NCBI RefSeq assembly: GCF_006345805.1
Contig: NC_042997.1
Span: forward strand, 178,994,001 to 179,058,000
From: Octopus sinensis
Lineage: Eukaryota
Length of the DNA: 64,000 nt
Reading direction: 5' to 3'
The number at the start of each line of letters is the position of its first letter. Position 1 is the stretch's first letter. The notes below the pieces were generated by a model. It saw nothing but the letters and a program-made list of their open reading frames with translations, had not been told where the DNA came from and did not search any database. This document shows, piece after piece, positions 53,519 to 64,000 of this stretch. Made by a program: the position numbers and the translations under genes.

Positions 53519-53904
53519 TTTTTTTTGAAGCACTCCGTCGGTTACGACGATGAGGGTTCCGGTTGATCCGATCAACGGAACAGCCTGCTCGTGAAATTAA
53601 CGTGTAAGTGGCTGAGAACTCCACAGACACGTGTACCCTTAACGTAGTTCTCGGGGATATTCAGCGTGACACAGAGAGTGACAAGGCCGGCCCTTTGAAA
53701 TACAGGTACAACTGAAAAAGGAAGTAAGAGTGAGAGAAAGTTGTGGTGAAAGAGTACATCAGAGACCACCACCATCTCTGCCGGAGCCTCGTGAAGCTTT
53801 AGGTGTTTTCGCTCAATAAACACTCACAACGCCCGGTCTGGGAATCGAAACCGCGGTCCTACGACCGCGAGTCCGCTGGCCTAACCACTGGGCCATTGCG
53901 CCTC
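53519..53904 (-). mobile_element. Young full-length tRNA-derived SINE family D with A-tail and perfect 13-bp TSD
   Basis: Minus strand A box tggcccagtgg, B box ggtttcgattccc, short A tail (53519-53526). TSD acgaatcatatat at 53506-53518 and 53905-53917. Confidence 0.95.
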
Positions 53905-54654
53905 ACGAATCATATATCGCTGTATATAGAATCATAGTTTCAGTGGCCAAGTATTACTTAGCATAATACTTGGTTTAGAGTCGGCGTCACACTGTCTGAA
54001 AAACCTGACAATGTGAATTACAGGTAAATTCCAACAAACAGCTTTCACACCGTTACAAACTACTCAATGACTACAAACTACTCAAAAGTAGAAGTTACAC
54101 GCCCACACTGCTATGCATATATAATGAATGTGACCTCAAAATCTCGTAACGTCTGTGTACGCCTAGTTCTTCACTATCATTTAGTAGTCAACAAAACTAA
54201 TCAAACACTGATTAGTTTAGGCAGAAAATTAAGAAATTTAATGTTTGACTAGCATCTATTTCAATTTATGCTCAAGTTTGTAAATGCTGTTAAATAAATA
54301 ATTTAGTTTTATCGTTGAAATATATTTTATTAATGCTTAACTAACGTCAACTGCGCACTAAAGGTTACAATTCCTGCTACAATATCACTGATACATTGTA
54401 TGCAAAGCCAGTTATATTCTCATTATTAAAGAAACCATTGATACTACATGTCACTATATTCAGCAATAGTTGAAGTTATCGTCGAACATAAATCACAATA
54501 TTCAAAATTAATGTGAGGTATGTTACAATAAAAGATCAACCAGTTAATCAGCGCTAAACTTTCATTCCCGAGTTTCTGAATATCTCTGAAATCTTCGTCA
54601 GCGGCATTTAAAGTCATTCTGAAAGCCAAGAATGATTAATGCTTTCATTTATCG

Positions 54655-54800
54655 AAGGTACGTGTTCTAGTCCTTGTGGTACGACGCGTTCGGCTCACAA
54701 TCATAATGTCATGAGTTCAACTCCCAGACCAGATGGTTGTCGCCTTGAGCAGGGCAATTTATTTCACATTGCTGCTGACAATTCATCTGTAAGTTGTATC
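54655..54800 (+). mobile_element. Degenerate SINE (family C-like) 5' part
   Basis: gagttcaactcccagacc...gttgtcgccttgagcagggcaatttatttcacattgct. Confidence 0.65.
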
Positions 54801-55544
54801 AGCTGAATGGCGGCTGTAAGACCATAAATGTTCTATTAGGTTCTATTAGGTTAAGAGTGAGTGGAACGAGAGATCTATGTTTGCTCGCGTCTAAATAAGC
54901 TCCTAATACAATTAGCAATTGTACGGTGCATATTACGAAGTCATCCTCGCCGAGAGTGACGACTGGCTGTACAGATCATAAGCTTGCTTTTAGAACGTAT
55001 TTAAAAATAAAAGTATAATAACTTCCAAGTCTCTTTCAAAAATACTAATATTAGAAGGGAAGGCAAATATTCCAGACTGTGTACCCTGTTTATCGATTGC
55101 TTATTTCTACACCAACGTGCTCAGCATTACTTTTAGTAATGATTTATAATGATCCAAATTCATTACTGAATTTCATTATTGAAAAATAATAGGAGTGGCA
55201 TTCACTCCATCTTGGCAAAAAGGAGAAATTTCTGAAACCGTTAAAACATAGAATACAAACCGATTTGCAAACATTGCTTACCGTAAGTTCTAATCATTGG
55301 TTTTAAGATTTGGTGAGTTTAACACAGATTTCTAAAAATCGAATAATAATAATAGAGATAAAGATTTTGTGCTAAATTATGATCGAACATCGGTTATATT
55401 TACCTACTTTCTGAAGGGTATTTTTATAGATGCAGGAAGAATTTTAAAAAAATGTAGTAAATTTCAGTGAAATTTGAACTCAGAATAAAATAGGATGGAA
55501 GAACGTTTTGACGCTTATCAAACCCACCAATATCTCTTTCGCGT

Positions 55545-56250
55545 TACCTTTAATAATGGTTTTAAATATTGGTACAAACCTAGCAATTTTGGGGAAGCAG
55601 GTAAAGTCGATTACACAGAAATCCAGTGTTCAAATGATACTTGCTCTCTTGACTCCTAAAAGATGAAAGGCAAAGTTGCCCTCAGAACATAAAGACGGAC
55701 TAAATGCTGCGAAGCATTTTTCTCTATTTGCCGCCTTCCCGTTACACATAATTTTTAATGACGGTTTGTAAGATAGGCACAATTGTATACATTTAACGGA
55801 GCGGTGCTAAAATAATTGGTTTTATAGCCTGCAATACTTCACTAATGCTTGAAAGGACGAAAACTTAAGTAGATTTCGGGGAGATTTGAATGCAGAGCAT
55901 AAAGTTACATGAGTAAATAACCTGGTTTCGTTCTTCCAGTGCTCTACCGATCTTGCTAATCTCAATCCTGCAAAATCTTTAATTATAATTTCTTATATAG
56001 GTACAAAGACACAAACGCAAGGAAATAGATTTGTTGGTTATAGTAGGATTTGGTAGGATATTTGCAGCGTCAGACAAACACGACTCTTTATATTCCGACT
56101 TCTAATCTCACCGAGGTTAACTTTGCTTTGCACTTTCCAGGGTCTGATTTTATTTTATCGACCCTGAAAAAGTGCAAAGCAAAGTTTAACTCGGTGAGAT
56201 TTGAAATCAAAACAAAGACCCATATCTAAACATCGGTGAATCCGACGCTC
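55545..56250. mobile_element. Cluster of degenerate SINE family B fragments
   Basis: Recurring gatgaaaggcaaagttgccctc, gcaaagtttaactcggtgagatttgaaatc and gaggttaactttgctttgcac motifs in both orientations. Confidence 0.55.
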
Positions 56251-56560
56251 TAAAAGTCCTCCCAAATCCTACTACCCGGCGATATCTTTAATAATTGTTT
56301 CTGATTCAGGCATAAATTTTCAGAGTGAAAGCGCAGTAAAAGCAGATTCATTTCCCCCCATATATCCCACATTTCAAATGTCCTATTTGACGTAATAGTC
56401 AAGCAAAAGCATCTTGATAAACGTCATTGTAATAATACGTATCAAATGTGCATGGCCTACTGCTGTTTGGCTGACAATTAGAATAAAAGAAAAAAGGTTC
56501 AATTCCAGGTACAGTTTAAGTAGTAGCTTCAATGAACGATGTTCTGTTGCAATCAGCAGT

Positions 56561-56733
56561 GGAGGTACGAGGTTTAGTGGTTAAGGATGTTGCGCTCATA
56601 ATCACAAGATTGTAGTTTCGATTCCTAGTCCGAGCGATGCATTGTCTTGTTGAGCAAAATGCTACATTGTTTCAGTAAACTCAGCTGCCAAAAATGAGTA
56701 ATCCTGCGACAGACCGGTGTTCCGTCCTGGACG

Positions 56734-56735
<2 letters not shown>
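56561..56735 (+). mobile_element. SINE family C, 3'-truncated
   Basis: Collinear with 24050-24230. Confidence 0.82.
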
Positions 56736-56816
<81 letters not shown>

Positions 56817-56818
<2 letters not shown>

Positions 56819-57513
56819 CAAGGAAAAATTATAAAAAGGCACAATTGAAGGTAAATTTTAATGAAAATGGCTGTATGGAAAATTAAAAAAAAATTTTTTT
56901 TTAATATATAACAAAATATTAACTCTAACCGAATTTCGAGGCAATGCGACTCTTCAAGAATTGTAAGGTGAAAGGAATTTTTTTTATAATTGAGGTGGTA
57001 GAAAAAAGAAAATTACATTGTTTCTTGCAAAAAATAATAAACATATACAAAAATTAAAAAACAGGTACACTGATACATTGTAAAGTCTTTGTGTATCTCG
57101 AGCTCAAAGATAGTTCTTGGAAAAATTACCTTGGAGGATTAAGATCCATGTGATTAAATCCATCTGGTGTTAATTTAGGATGTTTGTTAAATGAATGTCA
57201 AAACAAGAAATGGGGTAGGAGTTATCCAGTTCCTGTGGATAAGGGGAGACAACTATGTGGATTTTGTGCTCTGCAATTGGGATTGTACCTATTTTTTAAT
57301 TTTTGTATATGTTAAGAATTTTTTTGCAAAAAACAATGTAATTTCTTTTTTCCCCCCTCCTCAATTATAAAAAAATTTCTGTTCGCCTTACAATTCATGA
57401 AAAGTCGCATTGCAACGAAAACCGGTTAGAGTTAATATTAAAACAATTTTTTTTTTCCATACACCCATTTTCATTAAAATTTACCTTCTGCCTTTTTATA
57501 ATTTTTCCTTGCC
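56817..57513. mobile_element. Foldback element: ~230-255-bp inverted arms, ~215-bp spacer, TA-flanked
   Basis: 56814-57069 is the reverse complement of 57284-57516 (ggcaaggaaaaattataaaaaggca...gaaggtaaattttaatgaaaatgg...catatacaaaaattaaaaaa.aggtaca), with substitutions and indels. Confidence 0.88.
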
Positions 57514-57582
57514 TATCATTTCTCCACGTGCGGTCAACACAACCCCACTATTTATTGACTTATATATTTATATATATATATT

Positions 57583-58040
57583 ATTTTATCTAGTTTCAGC
57601 TCACGAGCTTCGTACATGCTGGGGCGCCACCATTTGGTGTTGCTACATACTTATACTTCATGAATGCTTCTCAAGAATTGGCATTTGGTGCATGAGAGAG
57701 TTTGATGCAACTGCCCTCATTTGCACCTCCTGCTGCGAAGTTGGTTCATCTGGGACACTTGACAGGAAGAGGTCCAGCATTATTTTGAAGACATCTGCAT
57801 CCATCCCATGCAGCTCTCTCAGGTCCTTCGGGAGGATATTGAAGAGCTGTGAACCTTTGAAGCCCAGGCTATTGCAGTACCTTTCCTTCATATTGATGGC
57901 AAATTTGGAGTCCTTGGCACTATGCAGTGACGCCCAGTTCTATATATGTGACAGAATAATCCAGGAAAGGGATGTATCTTTGATGCTAATCGAAACAACT
58001 TAGGGTCCGAGTGCTAGTATAGTGTTTTCTCCTTCCAGCT
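57583..58040 (-). mobile_element. 3' end of a CR1/L2-group LINE (C-terminal ORF2 region plus 3' UTR)
   Basis: ERYCNSLGFKGSQLFNILPKDLRELHGMDADVFKIMLDLFLSSVPDEP...SNSL, with terminal ggtggcgccccagcatg...agctcgtgagctgaaactagataaaat. Confidence 0.88.
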
Positions 58041-58694
58041 GTCATTTCCTAGATGTTCTGCGAAATCAAATGTAGGATGTCGGAAAGAATGGAAATGTCT
58101 GCTCGTGGCAACATAAGCATCTAACACCATTAGAGGAGGCATGGTTCATATTAAGCCATATTCGCTTACGAGTAACGGCAGCCTGTATTTCTTTCTTTGT
58201 ATCGAACGCAGTTTCCAGCGCATAGTCAGAAAAAAATGTTTTACGAGATGTCTGATGAATACATCTTGTTGTTCTATCCAGTTCCTTATTTGTATTCCTA
58301 TTATAGAAATACAAATGAAGAAATTAATAAACAGCTGTGTTATCACAGTCTGTTCTCCATCCCTCCTAACCCTCTTTCGACTTTATAAACTCTATCACCT
58401 CCATCTCTGCTTTATTTCTTTTTCTACATTACACACATTTTCAAGATTAATCTCCTTATCTCGAAGCTTCTAAAACAGATATCTTTCCTTTTTCTTTTTT
58501 GTTTATCAGAGCACACACACCTGGCCAATATTCAGAAAAATATAAAATCCATTCAATTAACATACCAACTTTTTGTTTCCATATTTTTCATATATATTCT
58601 TCTACAGTTATGGAAAGAAAGAGAATCGATAGATTCAAACAGTGCATGTTAGTCACCTCTTCGTCTTCATCTCTCTCATATTTTCTTTCCTAAG

Positions 58695-58819
58695 GTGGAA
58701 GAACAGGCAAAATTTTCGATATTAATAATGTGAAAACTACACCAAATCTTGCTTTAAGCAGCAGCGGCAGACTTGTGTTTTATTTCATATCGCTGGCGAT
58801 CTTTCCAATGTGTTCTTGA
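58695..58819 (+). CDS. Candidate terminal coding exon with a GPI-signal-like C-terminus (host gene unidentified)
   Basis: Strong pyrimidine-rich acceptor (cttcatctctctcatattttctttcctaag|). The phase-1 frame reads GGRTGKIFDINNVKTTPNLALSSSGRLVFYFISLAIFPMCS*. No homology recognised. Confidence 0.3.
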
Positions 58820-59736
58820 GGTCATAAACCCATCTTATTTGCCCACTTTAAGTAAACCATATTCACATCTAAACTACTTAAGCCTTTCTAATACAAAATA
58901 ATAATCACAAAGTTATAAAGAAAAAAAGGGTGAAAAGAAAAAAAGAACTGGAAAACAAAGGAACTATTGTATTTTAAAATTCTTGCTATGCATTTCTTCA
59001 TTTTTAGGAATTTTGTTTCCCTTTTGTTCCAAGGTTATTCTCACCATTCTCCTCCGCCGTCCCCTTTTCAATTTCGCCTTTTTCTTCATCATCATATTCT
59101 ACTCCCCATATCCTACCCTTCTTCTTCTTCTTCTTCTCCTCCTCCTTCTTCCCTTTCACTTCTCCATTGTCTTTTACATACAAATGCACATTAGCGAAAC
59201 TTGCATGCACGTATACACACACACAAACAATCACACGTTCATGCATCCACTCATTCAAAACAAAACCAAAAAACAAAACAAAGAACAAAAAATATAAAAA
59301 AACGGACTACATCTCTTTTTCCATTTCCATCTAAATATCCATTTTGTCAGGAACTACAATTAACATTCACTTCTTTTCTCACATATCTATTCCATTTTCA
59401 ATCTCCGCCTTAAAACCCAATTGCTTCAAGGATTTCTTCCGTCTAGAATGAGAATTTTGACAATGAATTCTGTGAGAGAGAGAGAGAGAGAGAGAGAAAG
59501 AAAATATGGGAGCGAAGGAGACACAGTGAGAGTATGGAGTAAGGAGATGTGAGAAAGAGGGTGACGAAAGAGAGACAGTGAGAGAGAGAAAGAGAATGAG
59601 AGAGAAAGAGAGAAAGAAAGAACGAGGTTAAGAACGAAACACAGCACAAGCTATGTAGATAGAGGAATTGATGAAAATACGGTGAAATAAACAAATAAAT
59701 ACATACAAAAACACATACATATATATATATATATAT

Positions 59737-59780
59737 ATTGGTATACATGCATATATATATATATATTGGTATAAATGTAT

Positions 59781-59833
<53 letters not shown>

Positions 59834-59975
59834 TATAAATGTATACATATATATATATATATATAATATATATATATATATTGGTATAAATGTATACATA
59901 TATATATATATATATATATATTGGTATAAATGTATACATATATATATATATATATATATATATTGGTATACATGT
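59737..59975. repeat. (TA)n-derived minisatellite anchored by TTGGTATA(AATG)TATACA, 6 units
   Basis: Anchor at ~59738, 59766, 59830, 59881, 59921 and 59963. Confidence 0.9.
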
Positions 59976-59994
59976 ATATATAATATATATACAC

Positions 59995-60054
<60 letters not shown>

Positions 60055-60560
60055 ATTTCTATGGCATTTATGTGTATGAGAGAGAGATACAATGTGTGCG
60101 AGAGAGAGAGAGAGAAAGACACAGAGGGAAAGAAAGACAAAGAGAATCAGATGTGTCCTTCGAACACCATTATGTCAAAAGCAATAGCTCTTGATCCATA
60201 TGTTGCGAAGATAAAAATAAAAATAAAACGTTCCTTGAGAGCTTTCCTGCCAATTCTAAAACTGCACTCATTTCACAATTCTGCTATTCGCTTCACAACT
60301 ATCTTATAATTTCTTCATTCGATTAGAGTTATCTATTTGAAATGTTTAAGATTGGTTTTCCTCATTCGTAGCTAATGAAAATAGCATATACACGCAATTA
60401 TCTTTGTCTCTCTTTCATTCTGTGTGTGTGCGTGTGTGTGTATGTGTGCGTGTGTGTGTTTGTGTGTGTGTGCATGGGCGTGCGAGCGCGTGTGTCTGTA
60501 TGCATGTATCAGTGTGTATATTTTCGTGCGCGTGTATATGTGCGTATAGATATGTATATG

Positions 60561-60635
<75 letters not shown>

Positions 60636-60755
60636 ATATATTGATACAGATGGGTGTGTGTGTACACACCCATCTGTATCAATATCACATATATTTCAAT
60701 ATATATACTGTATATATCCATATCTAACTGTCTATCTCTATATATACTCGCATAA

Positions 60756-60792
<37 letters not shown>

Positions 60793-61302
60793 CATGCATG
60801 TATTTTAATAGAGATATATGTATATGCATACACATTTATCTGTGTGCGTTGCGGGATTTTGCGTGTGTTTGGGATGTAAAACCATTTTAATCAAATAAAT
60901 ATTTCTAATACTATATAGGTCTCAGATAAATCTAGTTTTCGAAGTTGCATCGGATTGTAAATTATGATATTATTTTCATTTCACACAAAGCTAAAATTTT
61001 ATTTTATATTCGAATGCTAGCGTGATTTCCATAACAAACCCACTTTTGCTCATAGAAAACACGAAGGGAGATACCGTAAGTTTCCGACATCGACCGTATA
61101 TCGCCGAATATTGCGTCACAGTATGTTGGTACGTAGTAGTTTCAAGTACTTCCCTAAATATGGCTAAAACATTGAATTCATCACCGAATTGATACACGGT
61201 CAATGAAACTAATTCATGTCCGGGAAGTAAAACCAATACTGCGTTTACAAAATGTTGTTTCAAGAAACAAAATCGTATGTAACGAATGGATATATAAATA
61301 CA

Positions 61303-61778
61303 CTAGCAGTATCACCCGGCGTTGCTCGGGTTTGTAAGGGAAATAACTATATAAGCATTTTGAGAGAGTTACTTCCCTTATAGATGCCAATTCGGGCTTT
61401 CTTAGCCATTTCTGTTTTGGTATCTTCAAGCCATGAAGTCGTTGTTCTAAAAGAACGCTGGTCTCCTTGACAACGCTTTACGACGTTGATTTCCTTACAC
61501 TCCCTTCCCCACAGCTTCACGAGGGAGGGAAGAAGGGGGAGAAGCAAACATCGACACACGAAAAATTATGCATTACAATGGAATAAAAAATGATGTTAAA
61601 TTATTTTTTAAATCGTAGACTTATCGTAGACGCGCTCTAATACCCAGACGGGCTTGATATGAATCACAACTATAAGATACCCGAATTTGGTTAAACTGCA
61701 CCGCAAAATGTGGGAGTAGTTAGGAATCTAAATCGAAGGGGACAGACACTCACACAACTACAGTTTTATATATATAGA
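61303..61778 (-). mobile_element. Non-autonomous Helitron, same family as 14380-14744, with a different internal segment
   Basis: Minus strand A|TCTATATATATAAAA start, hairpin cccgagcaacgccggg, CTAG|T end. Collinear with copy 1 except for ~180 extra bp at 61383-61562. Confidence 0.9.
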
Positions 61779-61850
61779 TATGCATATATGGGTACACGAC
61801 GTCACCAACATTAAATACGAAAACAAATGAATTCAACGCAAACAACAAGT

Positions 61851-62286
61851 GGCCTATATTCCCCGTTATTAGGCTATTTTCCTTAGTCATTGTACGGCGA
61901 ACGCCATAAGCTTTAAGCTTATATAAAAGTGCCATTGTTATTAGTTACAGAATTGTAAAATAGGGTACCGTGTTACAAAACCATTCGCACCGAAAGCATA
62001 TATAGGTAGTTTGTTTACATAAAACCAACTACGAACTAATATAGTTCTTAAATTTGACGACTAGCAGGATGCTGGTTCACTGATGTAATGGAAACACACT
62101 TAGACACGTTAAGGAATGGCTGTAGGTTCGTAATCGCATAACAAGCTGTTGGACATTCGAGTCCCATGCGGATAGAAAGGCCTGTTTTTTTTTCTATTGA
62201 GGGCTTATATGCCCCGTTATTAGACTAATTTCCGCTGTCATTGCACGGTGATCCCCATAATCTTTAAGCTTATATAAAAATACCAT
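61851..62286. repeat. Diverged ~85-bp direct repeats (61851-61935 and 62202-62286) around a ~265-bp unique spacer
   Basis: ggcctatattccccgttattaggctattttcc...tcattgtacggcga...ccataagctttaagcttatataaaagtgccat versus ggcttatatgccccgttattagactaatttcc...tcattgcacggtga...ccataatctttaagcttatataaaaataccat. Confidence 0.85.
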
Positions 62287-64000
62287 ATATATATATATAA
62301 GTATTCTATATAAAGTACTAGGTCGCTTTTTCGACAGCTCTAAAGATCGTTAATTCTCAATGTTAATTGGACACGACAGAAATATACCTTTAATAAGTTC
62401 TGCTATGGTTTACAATGATATGATTATTCGTAGATTGGAATATATAGCTATATATATATATATACGATGTGTTTTATTGTGTGTGTGAATGTAGCACTCA
62501 CGCGCGTACGTATGATTCAATATGCGTGGATTTTATATTAGCAAGGATAAAAATGGAGTGAAAGCACGTGTTGTTGTATGTCCAGATATGTGTATATGTA
62601 AATATCATTTTCCCCACACGCATATATACTTATAACGTTTATGAAAATATGTGTTTATAGATGTGTGTGTGTGAGTGCATGTGTATATGTGTATGTATGT
62701 CTGTATACCCACACGCACACTCATATATAATACATAAGTATACATATATATATATATATTTACATATACTCATATAAGCATACGTAAACAAACGCGTCTA
62801 TACAAACATATACTCACGTACATACAAATGTAAAGATATACACAAATGCATACATGCATACATATATACATATATCGCACATAATATTGTGAAAATACAC
62901 AAAAAATATATAAATAAAATATCAATGGTATATCAATTACGTATGGAAAGATTGATTAATATAGTAATCTCATAAATTTGAAAGGGTTGTAGAGGTAACT
63001 TTAATTAATGTTCTCTTATTTTCTAGCGTTCTGATAGAATATCAGATGCTATTATATTTCCCATAGGGTCAGTCATCGCTACTCCCTACAATCTTAACTG
63101 CAGTTACGAAACAGTCGACCAGTTACATTTCTAAAACTATTTGATGTCTATATCTGTTACAGAAATCAATGCTCATAAGGTCTCTTAGTTTTCCTTTTCC
63201 ATTATTACCATTCAACAATTTCATATTATCTTGGGACACGAACGTTCAGAAGCATACACGTATAAATTTTCGCCAGGCAAAACAGTGTGGTTAAGAAGTT
63301 TAGCTCGCAATCATGTGGTTTCCGATTCAGTCTCTCTGCACCACTGCATGATAGCTTACGCGCGTGTCGAGTTGGTTTTTTTGTAGGTAATAGATGACAA
63401 GAATACTGAATTGCATTAGTTGATGTTGTTTAACCACCATACCAGGCTTACCATCAAAAGCATTCTAGTAGTGATTATCACGTTTTATTCCTCGTTCTAG
63501 TGCACACGTTATCCAATAAATTAGTATTTTCTAAGATGATATTGCGTGATCTGAAAAATACTTGGTTGCTAGTTCTAGCAAGACAAGAGACCCACGTTAA
63601 GAACTTCTCGTTATTTTTCATCATTATATATTTTCAGCACTCACCGTCCATTTCGCTTAAATGTCTCCAATAAAACCTAACCGAAATAACAGTAATAAAA
63701 CAGATGTGTAGGATACGCAAGCAAATCTAGGTGGAAATAGGAACCAAATTTCACTCAAATTTCACTCAAATTATATCTCAGTTTCCTTGCGATATGAAAG
63801 ATTCATTTGACAGTAATATTTGTTGTAACGAGTATAAATAAATATAAATAAAAAGGAGCATTTTAAAGGATTTATGCTCACAAAGAGATGATAAAATGTT
63901 GTCGGCCGTTATGAAGCGAGCTTATAAAATATTTTATAACATTAAAAATATAAAAAAGCATTCATAGCATTTACTGTGCATCCATGTATGCATCGCTCTC

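Noticed and set aside
53830-53904. tRNA gene
   Set aside because: It is the tRNA-derived head of a SINE: it continues into SINE body and tail and is bounded by a TSD.
55241-55282. NTNRFANIAY before a gtaagt donor, reminiscent of the tyrosine phosphatase KNRY loop
   Set aside because: The frame is closed immediately upstream, the acceptor is poor, and the spacing does not match.

Overview
This is very AT-rich, microsatellite-saturated eukaryotic DNA. The SINE families and repeat landscape point to a coleoid cephalopod, most likely Octopus (inference from repeat content). I could not identify a host protein-coding gene with confidence, so the window reads as intronic or intergenic. Nearly all ORFs in the supplied track are translations of (TA)n, (CA)n or (CAT)n repeats. 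Supported content: at least four tRNA-derived SINE families (three copies with clear target-site duplications, one nested insertion); 3' fragments of CR1/L2-group LINEs; Penelope-like GIY-YIG remnants; short Penelope-type non-autonomous elements carrying minimal hammerhead-ribozyme-like motifs; a decayed Tc1 (DD34E) transposon; an internally deleted mariner; two non-autonomous Helitrons; several palindromic MITE/foldback elements; a 63-bp 18S rRNA 5' fragment; and a ~1.26-kb tandem duplication that may be an assembly artefact. The most interesting signals are a hammerhead-like family with a non-canonical CUGUNGA core, a covarying 3' stem-loop shared by a SINE and several LINEs, and a candidate terminal exon with a GPI-signal-like C-terminus. 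All alignments and translations were done by eye.
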